NCBI GenBank assembly: GCA_965242725.1
Contig: CBDESZ010000027.1
Coordinates: 32,001 to 96,000 of the forward strand
DNA length: 64,000 nt
Source of the DNA: Alkalispirochaeta sp.
Lineage (GTDB): Bacteria > Spirochaetota > Spirochaetia > DSM-27196 > Alkalispirochaetaceae
Direction: 5' to 3'
Shown here: piece by piece, positions 29,987 to 40,023 of the stretch
Numbering within the stretch: the first letter of the stretch is position 1
Layout of the letters: each line of letters opens with the position of its first letter
Program-made: the position numbers and the translations under genes
Notes under the pieces: model-generated
What the model was told of the DNA's origin: nothing
What the model saw: only the letters and a program-made list of their open reading frames with translations
Database searches by the model: none

Positions 29987-31570
29987 TCAATACCTCTCCA
30001 GAATCGCCGTGACCCGCTCCCGACCGAGGGTCTTGAGAAACCCGCCCAGACGCGGTCCCTTTTCCTTGCCCACCAGGACAGTGTAGAGAACGGGGAAAAA
30101 CTCCTTCGGCTCTATTCCCTCGTTGCGGGCTATTTCATAGATCGCGTTCTGGACGTCCCGGTCACTCTTATCGTCCAACCCCTCCGAGACGGCGCCGTTG
30201 AGAGCCCGTATCGCCCGCCGTTCCGCCTCTCCGACGGGAACGGGCTCGGCCGTCCGGGGATCCACAACGGTGAACCGAAAATCTTCAGGGGCAAACTGCC
30301 GTATCCAGTTCCACGCACATTCGGCACGGTTCCGTGCAATCGCCGTCAAATGGTCGTCAAGGTCACCGAACCCGGGCATGGCGTCGAGGGCGGCATCCCG
30401 ATCGCCGTCGTGGATAAGCAGGAGATTGCATAAATGGCGGAAGGGAATCTGCGTCGGCAGCGCCCGCGGCGGAGCACCAACCTGGGAGAGTTCATAAATC
30501 CGTCGCTCTTTTTCAGCCCGTTTCTCATTTACCTCTTCCTGACCGAAGTAAATTCGCTCGCACCGATCGTAATCCTCGTAGATCTTGATGACGTCGAGAT
30601 CGAATGAGACGGCAAACTCAGTATTGGGCCGCGTACCCGCAAAGAGGTAGCGCAACACCTCCGGCTGGTACACCTCCAGCACGTCCCTGAGACTTATGAC
30701 TTCACCGGTGGAGCTGGACATCTTCCCGCCCCGTCCCTTGATTCGAATGAAATCGTATTGAAAGGTCACCGGCGCATCCCACCGGTACACCTCTTTTGAG
30801 ATATGCCGGGCGGTATCGAAACTCCCCCCTTCGGAGTGGTGATCCTTTCCCGCCGGCTCAAAATCCACCTCTTCCTCGCGCCAGCGCATCGGCCAGTCGA
30901 TCCGCCAGGGAAGCTTGGCGTATCCCGTCTCGCGAATGTCGATCGTGTCTTCCTGTTCCGACTCTTCACAGTAATAGGTGATGTTCCATTCCCCGTCCCA
31001 GGAGATGACCCGGGTAGTGTCGCGATTTGTAAATCTGCTGAAGACGCTCACCGGCCACCACTCGTCGGGGAGCGGCGAGGTGCGAAAGCGGTTGAGTATC
31101 TCCCGAATCGTCTCCCGTGATTCCAGTGCGGTGCGGATGCCCCGGGCATACCGGGCGGAACGGTACGCTCCGGCCTGGTAAATGTACTCCGGCTCTATTC
31201 CCACCCGGCGCAGTTGTCCTTCCAGTTCTACCTCATTGGCCCGGGCATAACTCTCCTCCACGCCCGCAGGGTCCGGCACGAGGGTAATGGGCCAGCGAAG
31301 GTACTTCTCCCACGCCTCCCGATCGGGAACGGTGGCGGGAACCTTGCGGAAAACATCATAATCGTCCCAGGAGTAAAGAAAGCGAACGTCCTTTCCGGCG
31401 TCGCGGAGCGCCCGGACGACGAGATCCACCGAGATAATTTCACGGAAATTTCCAACGTGTACCGTTCCGGAGGGGGTGATGCCTGATGCACAGGTGTAGC
31501 GCGCTTTTTCGCCCTTTTCGCGTATGATTTTTGCGGCGTTGATATCCGCCCAATGGGTGCTTTTGCTCAT
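29987..31570 (-). CDS. lysS: Class I lysyl-tRNA synthetase
   Basis: [16 protein letters not shown] (HIGH-like), [30 protein letters not shown]. Confidence 0.96.
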   Translation of the reverse strand: MSKSTHWADINAAKIIREKGEKARYTCASGITPSGTVHVGNFREIISVDLVVRALRDAGKDVRFLYSWDDYDVFRKVPATVPDREAWEKYLRWPITLVPDPAGVEESYARANEVELEGQLRRVGIEPEYIYQAGAYRSARYARGIRTALESRETIREILNRFRTSPLPDEWWPVSVFSRFTNRDTTRVISWDGEWNITYYCEESEQEDTIDIRETGYAKLPWRIDWPMRWREEEVDFEPAGKDHHSEGGSFDTARHISKEVYRWDAPVTFQYDFIRIKGRGGKMSSSTGEVISLRDVLEVYQPEVLRYLFAGTRPNTEFAVSFDLDVIKIYEDYDRCERIYFGQEEVNEKRAEKERRIYELSQVGAPPRALPTQIPFRHLCNLLLIHDGDRDAALDAMPGFGDLDDHLTAIARNRAECAWNWIRQFAPEDFRFTVVDPRTAEPVPVGEAERRAIRALNGAVSEGLDDKSDRDVQNAIYEIARNEGIEPKEFFPVLYTVLVGKEKGPRLGGFLKTLGRERVTAILERY

Positions 31571-31631
31571 AGACGGGCAGTATACGCGCGGGCGGGTCAA
31601 TTTTCAACGCGAAGGCGCCGATAGTGCACAT

Positions 31632-32330
31632 ATGCACCTCTCCGTCCCGGTTAATCCCACAGGAGCGCTCCGAATGACCGCCGTGCTGGCGGTACTGATC
31701 GTCACCTTTGCGGCGCCGATTGCGTCGTCTTCTCTCGCCGCAGAGGGACGGAACGACGGGGATCGCCCCGTCCCGCGTCCCACCCGGGTCATTACGACGG
31801 AAGGGTATCAGCTGGAAGGTATCGCATCGTGGTACGGCGGAAAATTCCAGGGCCGACTCACGGCAAACGGCGAGGTATTCGACACCAATGAACTCACCGC
31901 CGCCCACCGTGAACTTCCCTTCGGTACGACCGTCCGGGTGACAAACACCGATACCGGCGCATCGGTCGTCGTCCGCATCAACGACCGGGGTCCCTTTGTG
32001 GACAACAGGGTCATCGACCTGAGCAGAGCCGCCGCGGACGCGATCGGACTCACCGCAACGGGGGTGGCACCGGTGGTTCTTGAAGTTCTTGAATACCGGC
32101 CCGTCTCAACGACGAGGACGATTCAGATCGCCTCGTTTGCGAGCAGGCGAACGGCGGAAGAGCTGGCGGGACGACTCAGGGAAAACGGTTTCGCCGCAGC
32201 TATCGAATCCGTAACGTCCCCGGAAGTGCACCGGGTCATCGTGGACGGAGTGGAAGTCGTCGATCTGGAGAATACGAAGGTCCGTCTTGCCTCCCTGGGA
32301 TTCGACGACGTCCTCGTCCGGCAGGATTGA
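31632..32330 (+). CDS. rlpA: RlpA-family septal lytic transglycosylase with SPOR domain
   Basis: [31 protein letters not shown]-terminal IQIASF. Confidence 0.92.
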   Translation: MHLSVPVNPTGALRMTAVLAVLIVTFAAPIASSSLAAEGRNDGDRPVPRPTRVITTEGYQLEGIASWYGGKFQGRLTANGEVFDTNELTAAHRELPFGTTVRVTNTDTGASVVVRINDRGPFVDNRVIDLSRAAADAIGLTATGVAPVVLEVLEYRPVSTTRTIQIASFASRRTAEELAGRLRENGFAAAIESVTSPEVHRVIVDGVEVVDLENTKVRLASLGFDDVLVRQD

Positions 32331-32355
32331 CAAGGGCGGCAGAATCGGGCATTCT
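32327..32355 (+). promoter_or_regulatory. Sigma70 promoter for the CAU tRNA
   Basis: TTGACA (overlapping the rlpA TGA)-N17-CATTCT. Confidence 0.55.
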
Positions 32356-32427
32356 CGGGGTTCATTGAACAGACCGATACGCAATGCGCCCGACACCAAG
32401 TGATTCACCGCGTATCGGCCTGTTTTT

Positions 32428-32501
<74 letters not shown>

Positions 32502-32502
32502 T

Positions 32503-34215
32503 GTGACCGCCACACACATTGCGCCGTGGTGGCAGGACGGCGCGATTTACCATATATACCCGCGAAGTTTTCTCGATACCGACGGTGATGGTTTTGGAGA
32601 CCTTCCGGGCATCACTGCCCGGCTTCCCTACATCCGCCGTCTCGGCGTCGATGCAATCTGGATGGGGCCTATCTTTTCCTCACCCCAGATCGACAACGGA
32701 TATGACATCAGCGACTACCTAACCGTTGATCCCCTCTTCGGCACCAACGACGACCTGTACCGCCTCATCGAAGAGGCCCACAGACTGGATATCCGCGTCC
32801 TCCTTGACCTAGTTTTCAACCATACAAGCGACCGTCATCGGTGGTTTGAGTCGTCCCGGCGGCGGAAAGACGGCTGCGACGATTTCTATATCTGGCGCGA
32901 TGGTGATCCGTCGCGCCCCGACGGACTGCCCAACGACTGGCGCGGTTTTTTCAGCCTCCCCGCGTGGAGTTACGACGCCGAGCGGGGACAATATTATCTG
33001 CACCTTTTTGCCCGGGAACAACCCGACCTCAACTGGGACAATCCCGCCGTTCGCGCGGCGCTCCGGGAGGTGGCAAATTTCTGGATAGACCGCGGTGTGG
33101 ACGGCTTCCGCATGGATGTGATCAATCTCATTTCAAAGCAGCCCAGTCTTCCGTCTCTGAACGGCGCGTCACCGAGCGGTATCTACCTCGACGGACCGCG
33201 TGTACTTGAGTATCTCCAGGAGTTCCGCAGCGGTCTTCATGACAGGAAAGGGATCGTCCTGGTTGGGGAAACGCCGGGAATCACTCCCGATGCGGCGTCC
33301 CGGTACACGTTGCCTGAAAATCGCGCCCTTGACATGGTCCTCCTCTTTGACCACGTCATGGTCGACCATGGCCCCGAGGGACGATGGGATCCGACGGCGC
33401 TGAATCCCCGGGACCTTGCCGCCACATGTACCCGCTGGCAGCGGGCGATCGCCCCGCCCCGCCATCCCAGCCTCTACATGTCCAACCACGACCAGCCGAG
33501 AGTCGTTTCCCGCTATGGAGACGACGGTACCTTCCGCTATGAGAGCGCCGTCGCGCTGGCGATGTACTTCTACCTGCAGCGGGGTACACCCATCGTCTAT
33601 CAGGGCGACGAGATCGCCATGGCGAATTTTCCCTTTTCCCGGGTTGAGGAAATTGTGGACATTGAGAGTTCCAACGCCTACCGATGGCTCACTGATGAAC
33701 GCGGCGTGGACGCAGGGTCGGCGCAGCGGAGGGTCTTCAGGCAGGCCCGGGACAACGGACGGACGCCGATGCAGTGGGACGATTCCCGCCACGCCGGTTT
33801 TACCGCCGGAGATTCACCGTGGTTTCCGGTCAATCCGGACTACACGGAATGGAATGTGAAGTGTCAGAAAGACGGGCGAAGCTCCTCCGTTCTCGACGCC
33901 TACCGCAGGCTTCTGTCGGTCCGGAAAAGCACGCCCGTTCTTCATGGGGGTTCCTACGAGGCGCTTGAATTTGACGCGCCGCCTACGGTCGTCGGCTTTC
34001 GCCGCGTCCTTGGCGAGGATGAGGCGATCATTGTTGTCAACCTGGGATCGGGCGACGCCGCGGTGAGGATTGACCGGGCCGATTGTGACGCCCGCGTTCT
34101 TCTATCAAATTATCCGGATCCGCCTTCCCTCGACGATCTTCATTTGAGGGCGTGGGAGGGCGCGGTGTATTTACTCTCGGGGGACCACCGCACCGGGAGC
34201 GCTAATTCTCCCTGA
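32503..34215 (+). CDS. GH13 alpha-glucosidase (oligo-1,6-glucosidase subfamily)
   Basis: YHIYPRSF, DNGYDISDY, NHTSD, QPDLNW, GFRMDVIN, VGE, NHDQPR, RDNGRTPMQW. Confidence 0.92.
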   Translation: MTATHIAPWWQDGAIYHIYPRSFLDTDGDGFGDLPGITARLPYIRRLGVDAIWMGPIFSSPQIDNGYDISDYLTVDPLFGTNDDLYRLIEEAHRLDIRVLLDLVFNHTSDRHRWFESSRRRKDGCDDFYIWRDGDPSRPDGLPNDWRGFFSLPAWSYDAERGQYYLHLFAREQPDLNWDNPAVRAALREVANFWIDRGVDGFRMDVINLISKQPSLPSLNGASPSGIYLDGPRVLEYLQEFRSGLHDRKGIVLVGETPGITPDAASRYTLPENRALDMVLLFDHVMVDHGPEGRWDPTALNPRDLAATCTRWQRAIAPPRHPSLYMSNHDQPRVVSRYGDDGTFRYESAVALAMYFYLQRGTPIVYQGDEIAMANFPFSRVEEIVDIESSNAYRWLTDERGVDAGSAQRRVFRQARDNGRTPMQWDDSRHAGFTAGDSPWFPVNPDYTEWNVKCQKDGRSSSVLDAYRRLLSVRKSTPVLHGGSYEALEFDAPPTVVGFRRVLGEDEAIIVVNLGSGDAAVRIDRADCDARVLLSNYPDPPSLDDLHLRAWEGAVYLLSGDHRTGSANSP

Positions 34216-36394
34216 GCCGGGCGAGAAGGCGCCGCACCTGCTGGACTCCGTCAATTGAATAGCGGGCGGAAGTCGTTCCCATACCGACCTTGATTGAAAT
34301 CGCATCTTCAGGAAGCGCCTGGAACATGTACTCGTCCGTCGCGTCGTCGCCGAGGGCGATAACCATCTCCCACTGTTCCTGTCCGACAAAGTGGTGCACC
34401 ACCCGCCCCTTGTGTATGTGGGTCGGTTTGACCTCAAGCACGCGATTTCCGTCGAGGACGGACAGGTCGAGGTTTGAGGTGAGGCCGATGAGGGTCTCCC
34501 GCAGCTCCGCGAGACGTACCGAGGCGAGCTCCGGTTCGCTGTTGCGATAATGCCATGCCAGGGAAAAATCCTTTTCTTCCATTCTGGAACCGGGGGTCCG
34601 GTCCACCATTTGCGCGATAATCGGACCGATCGTCTCTTTCCACGTCGGCTGGTCCTCCGCTGCGGCGACCCACTCACCACCGGGATCCCGTATCCAGGCG
34701 CCGTGCCCCGCCCCGAGGCCGAAGTCGTACCGGCCGAACCACTCGTCCAGGTTGGGACGATCACGGCCGCTGGATATGACGACGCGGACGCCCGTTTTTT
34801 CCTGGAGGTCCGTAAGAAGCTGAAGGAGTTCTTCATCGGGCTTTGCCTGTTCCGGCCGCCGGTAAAAGCGCTGCAATGTGCCGTCGTAGTCGAGGATGAG
34901 CAGTTTCTGCCCGGCCGAACGCCATCTGCCGAGGAGATCCTCTTCTTCTTTTGTCTTGAGGGGGTTGGCCCTGAGGGCGGCCTGGAGGTTGTGGATGTCC
35001 GACAGCTTGTCCAGGAACTGCTGCGCCCAGTGCTGGACCGTCAACCGCTTGAGGCGGTTGCGCATTGGTGCGATGTGCTTCTCCTGCTCTTCTCCGGACA
35101 TTGAGATGGTCTCATAGATCCCTTCCGCAATGCCGTCGATGTCGCTGGGGTTGACCTGGGTTGCCTCGCTCAACTCACGCGCCGCTCCGGCGGTCTCGCT
35201 GATCACCAGGCCGCCGCGGTCGTCGGTACACGCGGCGAGGTACTCCTTGGCGATGAGGTTCATGCCGTCCCGCAGGGGCGTGACAAGAAGCAGGTCCGCC
35301 CGACGGTAGAGCGCGCTCAGCTCGCCGAAGCCTGCGGTCTGGTACTGGTAGTGTATGGGCATCCAGTTGAAGGTGCTGAAGCGGCCGTTGATGCTGCTCA
35401 CGAGTCCGTCAATTTCCCCTTTGAGTTCCATATAGCGGGGTACCGACTCCCGGGACGGGGCGACGATCATGAAGAGCACGATCTTCTCATGCAGTTCAGG
35501 ATATTTTTCAAGGAGGCGGCCGAAGGAGCGAATCCTCGTGGGTATGCCCTTGCTGTAATCGAGGCGGTCTACGGAGAGAATGAGTTTCTGTCCCGCGTAC
35601 TGTTCTGTTAGTGTTGAAAGCACTTCTCCCACGACGGGAAGGCGATCGGCCCGGGCGTACCGGTCCCAGTCGATTCCCATTGGAAAGACGTCGACCTTCA
35701 CTGCCCTGTTCGGAGTCTGGATGACGCCCATGGCGTGGTCGTAACTGAGCACGCGACGCACGCTTGAAAGAAAATGGCGGGCGTAGTCATAGGTGTGAAA
35801 ACCGATGAGATCCGCTCCCAGAAGGCCCCTGAGTATTTCTTCCCGCCAGGGAAGGAGACGAAATATCTCATAGGAGGGAAAGGGTATGTGGAGAAAAAAT
35901 CCGACCTGTACGTCCGGGAATTCCCTTTTTATGAGTTCCGGCAGGAGCATGAGCTGGTAGTCATGGACCCATACCCGGGCATCAGGCTCTATTTCGCCCT
36001 TCAGGATTTCAAAAAACCGGTGGTTTATCTCCCGATAGGTCTCCCAGGTCGTCCGATCGTAGTCTGTATAGGTAGGAAAATAGTGAAAGAGGGGCCAGAC
36101 CGTATCGTTGCAGAAGCCCGCATAGTACAGTTCCAGCTCCCGGGAGGTAATGGGTACCGTGATCGCTCCGTGTTCTTCCCGGAGGGTGCGGCTGATCGTA
36201 CGTCGTTCCGTCTCGGTCAGTTCGTCGTCAGGGAGGCCGCTCCAGCCGACCCACAGGGTCTGTTCATTTTCACCGGTCGAAACGGAGCTGAGGCCGGTGG
36301 CCAGTCCGCCGACGCTGGGAACGAAGTGAATGCCTTCCTGATCACGATCCACCCGCACGGCAAGTCGATTGGATACGAATACTGTCTGTTTCAT
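34202..36394 (-). CDS. Bifunctional trehalose-6-phosphate synthase/phosphatase (OtsA-OtsB fusion)
   Basis: [42 protein letters not shown] domain LDYDGTL, SGR, GDDATDE. Confidence 0.96.
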   Translation of the reverse strand: MKQTVFVSNRLAVRVDRDQEGIHFVPSVGGLATGLSSVSTGENEQTLWVGWSGLPDDELTETERRTISRTLREEHGAITVPITSRELELYYAGFCNDTVWPLFHYFPTYTDYDRTTWETYREINHRFFEILKGEIEPDARVWVHDYQLMLLPELIKREFPDVQVGFFLHIPFPSYEIFRLLPWREEILRGLLGADLIGFHTYDYARHFLSSVRRVLSYDHAMGVIQTPNRAVKVDVFPMGIDWDRYARADRLPVVGEVLSTLTEQYAGQKLILSVDRLDYSKGIPTRIRSFGRLLEKYPELHEKIVLFMIVAPSRESVPRYMELKGEIDGLVSSINGRFSTFNWMPIHYQYQTAGFGELSALYRRADLLLVTPLRDGMNLIAKEYLAACTDDRGGLVISETAGAARELSEATQVNPSDIDGIAEGIYETISMSGEEQEKHIAPMRNRLKRLTVQHWAQQFLDKLSDIHNLQAALRANPLKTKEEEDLLGRWRSAGQKLLILDYDGTLQRFYRRPEQAKPDEELLQLLTDLQEKTGVRVVISSGRDRPNLDEWFGRYDFGLGAGHGAWIRDPGGEWVAAAEDQPTWKETIGPIIAQMVDRTPGSRMEEKDFSLAWHYRNSEPELASVRLAELRETLIGLTSNLDLSVLDGNRVLEVKPTHIHKGRVVHHFVGQEQWEMVIALGDDATDEYMFQALPEDAISIKVGMGTTSARYSIDGVQQVRRLLARLREN

Positions 36395-36436
36395 ACAGTT
36401 CTAAATAATAATACATATCGCCGACACAATCAAAGA

Positions 36437-37723
36437 GAAGTATTCACAACCGTGTTGAAAAAGCGACAGTAGTCATTGGTGTGTAGGGAGTTATGACGGG
36501 AACCCAACTTTGCGGGTTCCCGATCCGTACCCCGGAGGTATCCCTCATGCCCATTCCGACCCATTGTTCCAATCCTGCCTGTCGCCATTTCCACCATCCG
36601 CCGCCCCGTTGGCGCGTCCGCTTCGGCTCCTACGATACAGTGGCCCACGGAACCGTCCCGCGCTATCGCTGTATCGCCTGCGGCAAGACCTTCAGTGATC
36701 AGACCGAATCCATGCACTACTACGCCAAACGACGCCTCCCCCTCAAGGCGATCTCCACCACCCTCACCGGCGGCGCCTCCATGCGCGAAGCGGCGACTCG
36801 CTATCACGTCTCTCCGGCAGCGATACGAAACGCCGTTCTGCGCCTCGGTCGTCAGGCAATGATCGGGCACATCCATCTGCTGGATACCATGCCACCCCTC
36901 CGGAATGTCGTCTTCGACGGCCTGCGGTCATTCGTGACCTCCCAGGACTACCCCTGCGATATCACCACGGTGGTCAGTCGAACCGGTGAGATGATCCTGA
37001 CCATGACCCATACCATCACCCGTCGGGGCGGTACCATGACATCCCGACAACGACGACGACGGCGACAAAAGTACGCCGTATGGTCCCCGACGAAGGGGGC
37101 GGTGGGGAGCGCTATCTCTCTGTTGTGTCGTGAAATACTCGACTATGTCCGATATACCTGCACGGCACCGATTGTTATCGACACCGACGAACACCCGGTG
37201 TATCGATCGGTTCTCCGGTCGAACGACTGTTACCGGCATCTCCGGACGGCGGGGCAGCTGACGCATATCCGGACCGCGGGGAGTGCCCCGCGGACGATGG
37301 AGAACCGGTTGTTTCCGGTAAACTATGTTGACCGGCTGTTGCGGCACCGGGAGAAGGAACATACCCGGGAGACGATCGCCTTCGGGCGTCATGGAACGAT
37401 CCAGATGCATCGGGCGTGGGTATTCGGGTGGAACCATAACTGCGTGCGGCCGTGGCGGGAGAAGCGGGCAGAGATGGGAAGTCACGCCTCTGCGGCGGGG
37501 ATCTCGTCGGAATTGATCCGCGGGTTGAATGAACGGTTCTATACCCGACGATACCGGGTGAACCGGCAGGCGATACCGGAATCGATCCGGGAGGTCTTTC
37601 TTGCACAGGTCGCGACGCCGCCGGTGCGGTGGAAGAAGGGGCAGAAAGGTACGACCGTCAGGGTTCCCGGGTATGCGGCCCGGGATCTCCTGGCGGCCGT
37701 ATCAACAGGCTTGTGAATACTTC
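36437..37723 (+). mobile_element. Insertion-sequence-like element (1287 bp), IS1-like architecture
   Basis: Terminal inverted repeats GAAGTATTCACAACCGTGTTGAAA (36437-36460) and GAAGTATTCACAAGCCTGTTGATA (revcomp of 37700-37723), 21/24 identical; single ORF whose stop lies in the right repeat; no clear target duplication. Confidence 0.8.
36547..37716 (+). CDS. Putative transposase: zinc ribbon + HTH + RNase H-like domain
   Basis: CSNPAC...RYRCIACGKTFS; SMREAATRYHVSPAAI HTH; FDG, TDEHPVY and NYVDR acidic motifs; GGAGGT SD. Confidence 0.75.
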   Translation: MPIPTHCSNPACRHFHHPPPRWRVRFGSYDTVAHGTVPRYRCIACGKTFSDQTESMHYYAKRRLPLKAISTTLTGGASMREAATRYHVSPAAIRNAVLRLGRQAMIGHIHLLDTMPPLRNVVFDGLRSFVTSQDYPCDITTVVSRTGEMILTMTHTITRRGGTMTSRQRRRRRQKYAVWSPTKGAVGSAISLLCREILDYVRYTCTAPIVIDTDEHPVYRSVLRSNDCYRHLRTAGQLTHIRTAGSAPRTMENRLFPVNYVDRLLRHREKEHTRETIAFGRHGTIQMHRAWVFGWNHNCVRPWREKRAEMGSHASAAGISSELIRGLNERFYTRRYRVNRQAIPESIREVFLAQVATPPVRWKKGQKGTTVRVPGYAARDLLAAVSTGL

Positions 37724-37728
37724 AGGAA

Positions 37729-38715
37729 CTACCAGTTGTGGTGAACGTGTTTCCTGATCGTCGTCTCGTATATTTCGTCGATCCTCGCATGGACCTCCGG
37801 AGACAACGGGGCCATGTCGGAAACGGCGATATTAGAAGCCACCTGATCCGGCCGGGAAGCGCCGGGTATGACCGTGGAGACTGCGGGGTGATCGAGAACC
37901 CACCGTATCGCCGCCTGGGCGGGTGTCATACCGGCGGGCAGTACCTTTTTGATCGCTTCAACCGCCTCGAGACCGATATCATAGGGAACGCCGCTGAATG
38001 TTTCTCCCTTGTCGAAGGCGGCTCCGTCGCGATTGAAGTTCCGGTGGTCTTCCCTGGCAAAGGTCGTGTTTTTGGTGAACTTTCCGCTCAAAAGACCGCT
38101 CGCCAGGGGAACGCGGACGATGATACCGACTCCCGCCGCCATTGCACGGGTAAAGAAGTCCTCCCGGGGACGCATACGGAACATGTTGAATATGATCTGT
38201 ACGGTCTTGACGTTGGGATACAGGATCGCTTTCTGCGCTTCTTCAACCTTTTCAACCGAAACGCCGAGATTGGCGATCTTCCCCTCCTCTTTCAGCCGGT
38301 CAAAGAGTTCAAATATCTCCGGTCGATAGTAGACGTCCGTGGGTGGACAGTGGAGTTGAATGAGGTCAAGTCGCTCCAAACCGCTGTTTTTAAGGCTCTC
38401 TTCAACGAAGCCGCGCAGCGCCTTCGGGGTGTATCCTTCAGCGACGTGGGGGGATATGCGCCGACCGCACTTGGTCGCCACCGCGATGTTTTGGTCCCGA
38501 CGTCGTACAACCTTTCCGACGGTCTCTTCGCTCCTTCCGTCACTGTAGACGTCGGCGGTGTCAATAAAATTGACGCCTCCTTCAACTGCGCTGTCGATGA
38601 TCTTTTCAGCTGTCGGGACGTCGAAATCGCGCCCCCATCCGCCGCCGACCTGCCAGGTGCCGAGAGACACCTCCGAGATTTTCAGTCCTGTCGTGCCTAA
38701 AGTTCTGTAATTCAT
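37729..38715 (-). CDS. Aldo/keto reductase
   Basis: LGTWQ, IDTADVY, ATKCG, DLIQLH, VPLASGLLSGK, VIPGA. Confidence 0.95.
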   Translation of the reverse strand: MNYRTLGTTGLKISEVSLGTWQVGGGWGRDFDVPTAEKIIDSAVEGGVNFIDTADVYSDGRSEETVGKVVRRRDQNIAVATKCGRRISPHVAEGYTPKALRGFVEESLKNSGLERLDLIQLHCPPTDVYYRPEIFELFDRLKEEGKIANLGVSVEKVEEAQKAILYPNVKTVQIIFNMFRMRPREDFFTRAMAAGVGIIVRVPLASGLLSGKFTKNTTFAREDHRNFNRDGAAFDKGETFSGVPYDIGLEAVEAIKKVLPAGMTPAQAAIRWVLDHPAVSTVIPGASRPDQVASNIAVSDMAPLSPEVHARIDEIYETTIRKHVHHNW

Positions 38716-38829
38716 AGTTCAAGGGTATGGCTCCCGGACGTCTCCGTCAACGGGAGAGACCGCAGGCGCAGCCGGTACCCGCCGTCCCACATGATACCTT
38801 CATCACGATTTATCGCCTGAGCGCCATTT

Positions 38830-39993
38830 TTACCGCCGTTCCAGCCGGTACAGTCCACCGTCGGGACTCTCGTCGGTGAGAACGTATATTTCTCCGTCCG
38901 GCGCGCTCCGGACGTCCCGGAATCGCGCAAAACCCTCAAAGAGCGCCTCCTCTTCTACCGGACGAAGTGCGTCGTCAAGACCGACCCGTCGCAGGTGGGT
39001 ACCGGCAAGCGCACCGACGAGGATATCGCCGTCCCATGGCAAGAACGGTCCGTCCTGCACAAATGCCAGACCCGACGGCGCGATGGAGGGCGTCCAATGG
39101 AGAAGAGGATCGACAAACCCTGCGCGGGTGGTGTCGTCGGTGATCGGCCTGCCGCTGTATTCAACACCGTGGGTCACCAGTGGCCAGCCGTAATTACCGC
39201 CGCCCCGAAGGATATTAATCTCGTCGCCGCCTCTCGGTCCGTGTTCATGGGCCCAGATTGCCCCCGTCTCGGGATGACGGGCCATGCCTTGTATGTTGCG
39301 ATGTCCCCAGGTGAAGAGGCCGCGGGCGGACTGGCCGGAACCGATACGGGGGTTGTCGGCGGGTTCTCTTCCGTCGGGGTGGAGACGGACGACGCTTCCC
39401 TGATGGTTTGAGGGATCCTGGGCCATCTCCCGCTCTCCCCTTTCGCCGACGGAAATGTATATGGCGCCGTCGTCACCAAAGGCGATCCTGCTGCCGAAAT
39501 GACGACCGCCGGAGACGGCTCTGTTCAGGGTGAAAACCTCTTCCCATCCCGTGAGTACCATTTCCTCCCCGCGATGGGTCAGTCTTCCTCTGCCGGCGGC
39601 GGTAACCGCGCCGTTTCGGACGCGTTTGGAATAGGTAAGATAAATGTAGGAATCCTCGGCGAAGGAGGGTCCCGCCACTACATCGAGCAGTCCCCCCTGT
39701 CCCGCCGTATATACCTCAGGTGTTCCGTCGACACGTGCAATCCGGGACGTTCCGTTGGTGTCTATATACCAGAGCACTCCCTGTCGCTCGGTGATGAGGA
39801 ATTTCCCGTCACCCAGGGGGGCAACCGCCCATGGATGATCCAGCCCGGTTACGATTTCCCGGAGCACAAGGGGGCCCAGGGAACTGTCTGTCTCCGCCGC
39901 GATATCTCCTGACAATCGCTGTGCCGGAAGAAATACGGACGTGCCCAATATGAGGACGAGGGACAATACGCTGTATCGCAGGTGTCGTGACAT
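38830..39993 (-). CDS. PQQ-dependent soluble sugar dehydrogenase (YliI/sGDH family)
   Basis: Signal peptide; GLDHPW, GQGGLLD, HFGSRI, GHRNIQG, EHGPRGGDEIN, NYGWP, SIAPSG. Confidence 0.93.
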   Translation of the reverse strand: MSRHLRYSVLSLVLILGTSVFLPAQRLSGDIAAETDSSLGPLVLREIVTGLDHPWAVAPLGDGKFLITERQGVLWYIDTNGTSRIARVDGTPEVYTAGQGGLLDVVAGPSFAEDSYIYLTYSKRVRNGAVTAAGRGRLTHRGEEMVLTGWEEVFTLNRAVSGGRHFGSRIAFGDDGAIYISVGERGEREMAQDPSNHQGSVVRLHPDGREPADNPRIGSGQSARGLFTWGHRNIQGMARHPETGAIWAHEHGPRGGDEINILRGGGNYGWPLVTHGVEYSGRPITDDTTRAGFVDPLLHWTPSIAPSGLAFVQDGPFLPWDGDILVGALAGTHLRRVGLDDALRPVEEEALFEGFARFRDVRSAPDGEIYVLTDESPDGGLYRLERR

Positions 39994-40023
39994 GAGAACC
40001 TCCCGGTATAGAAGGTACGAAGT

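Noticed and set aside
37738..38700. Long antisense ORFs (this one, also 4917-5903, 45494-46582, 42643-43539 and 23417-24235)
   Set aside because: They are shadows of well-supported genes in GC-rich DNA and carry no recognisable motifs.
38759..38770. Short matches to the 63163 palindrome (ACCGCAGGCGCA here, CGCAATGCGCC near 32380)
   Set aside because: Only 11-12 bp in GC-rich DNA and without the flanking stem, so chance cannot be excluded.
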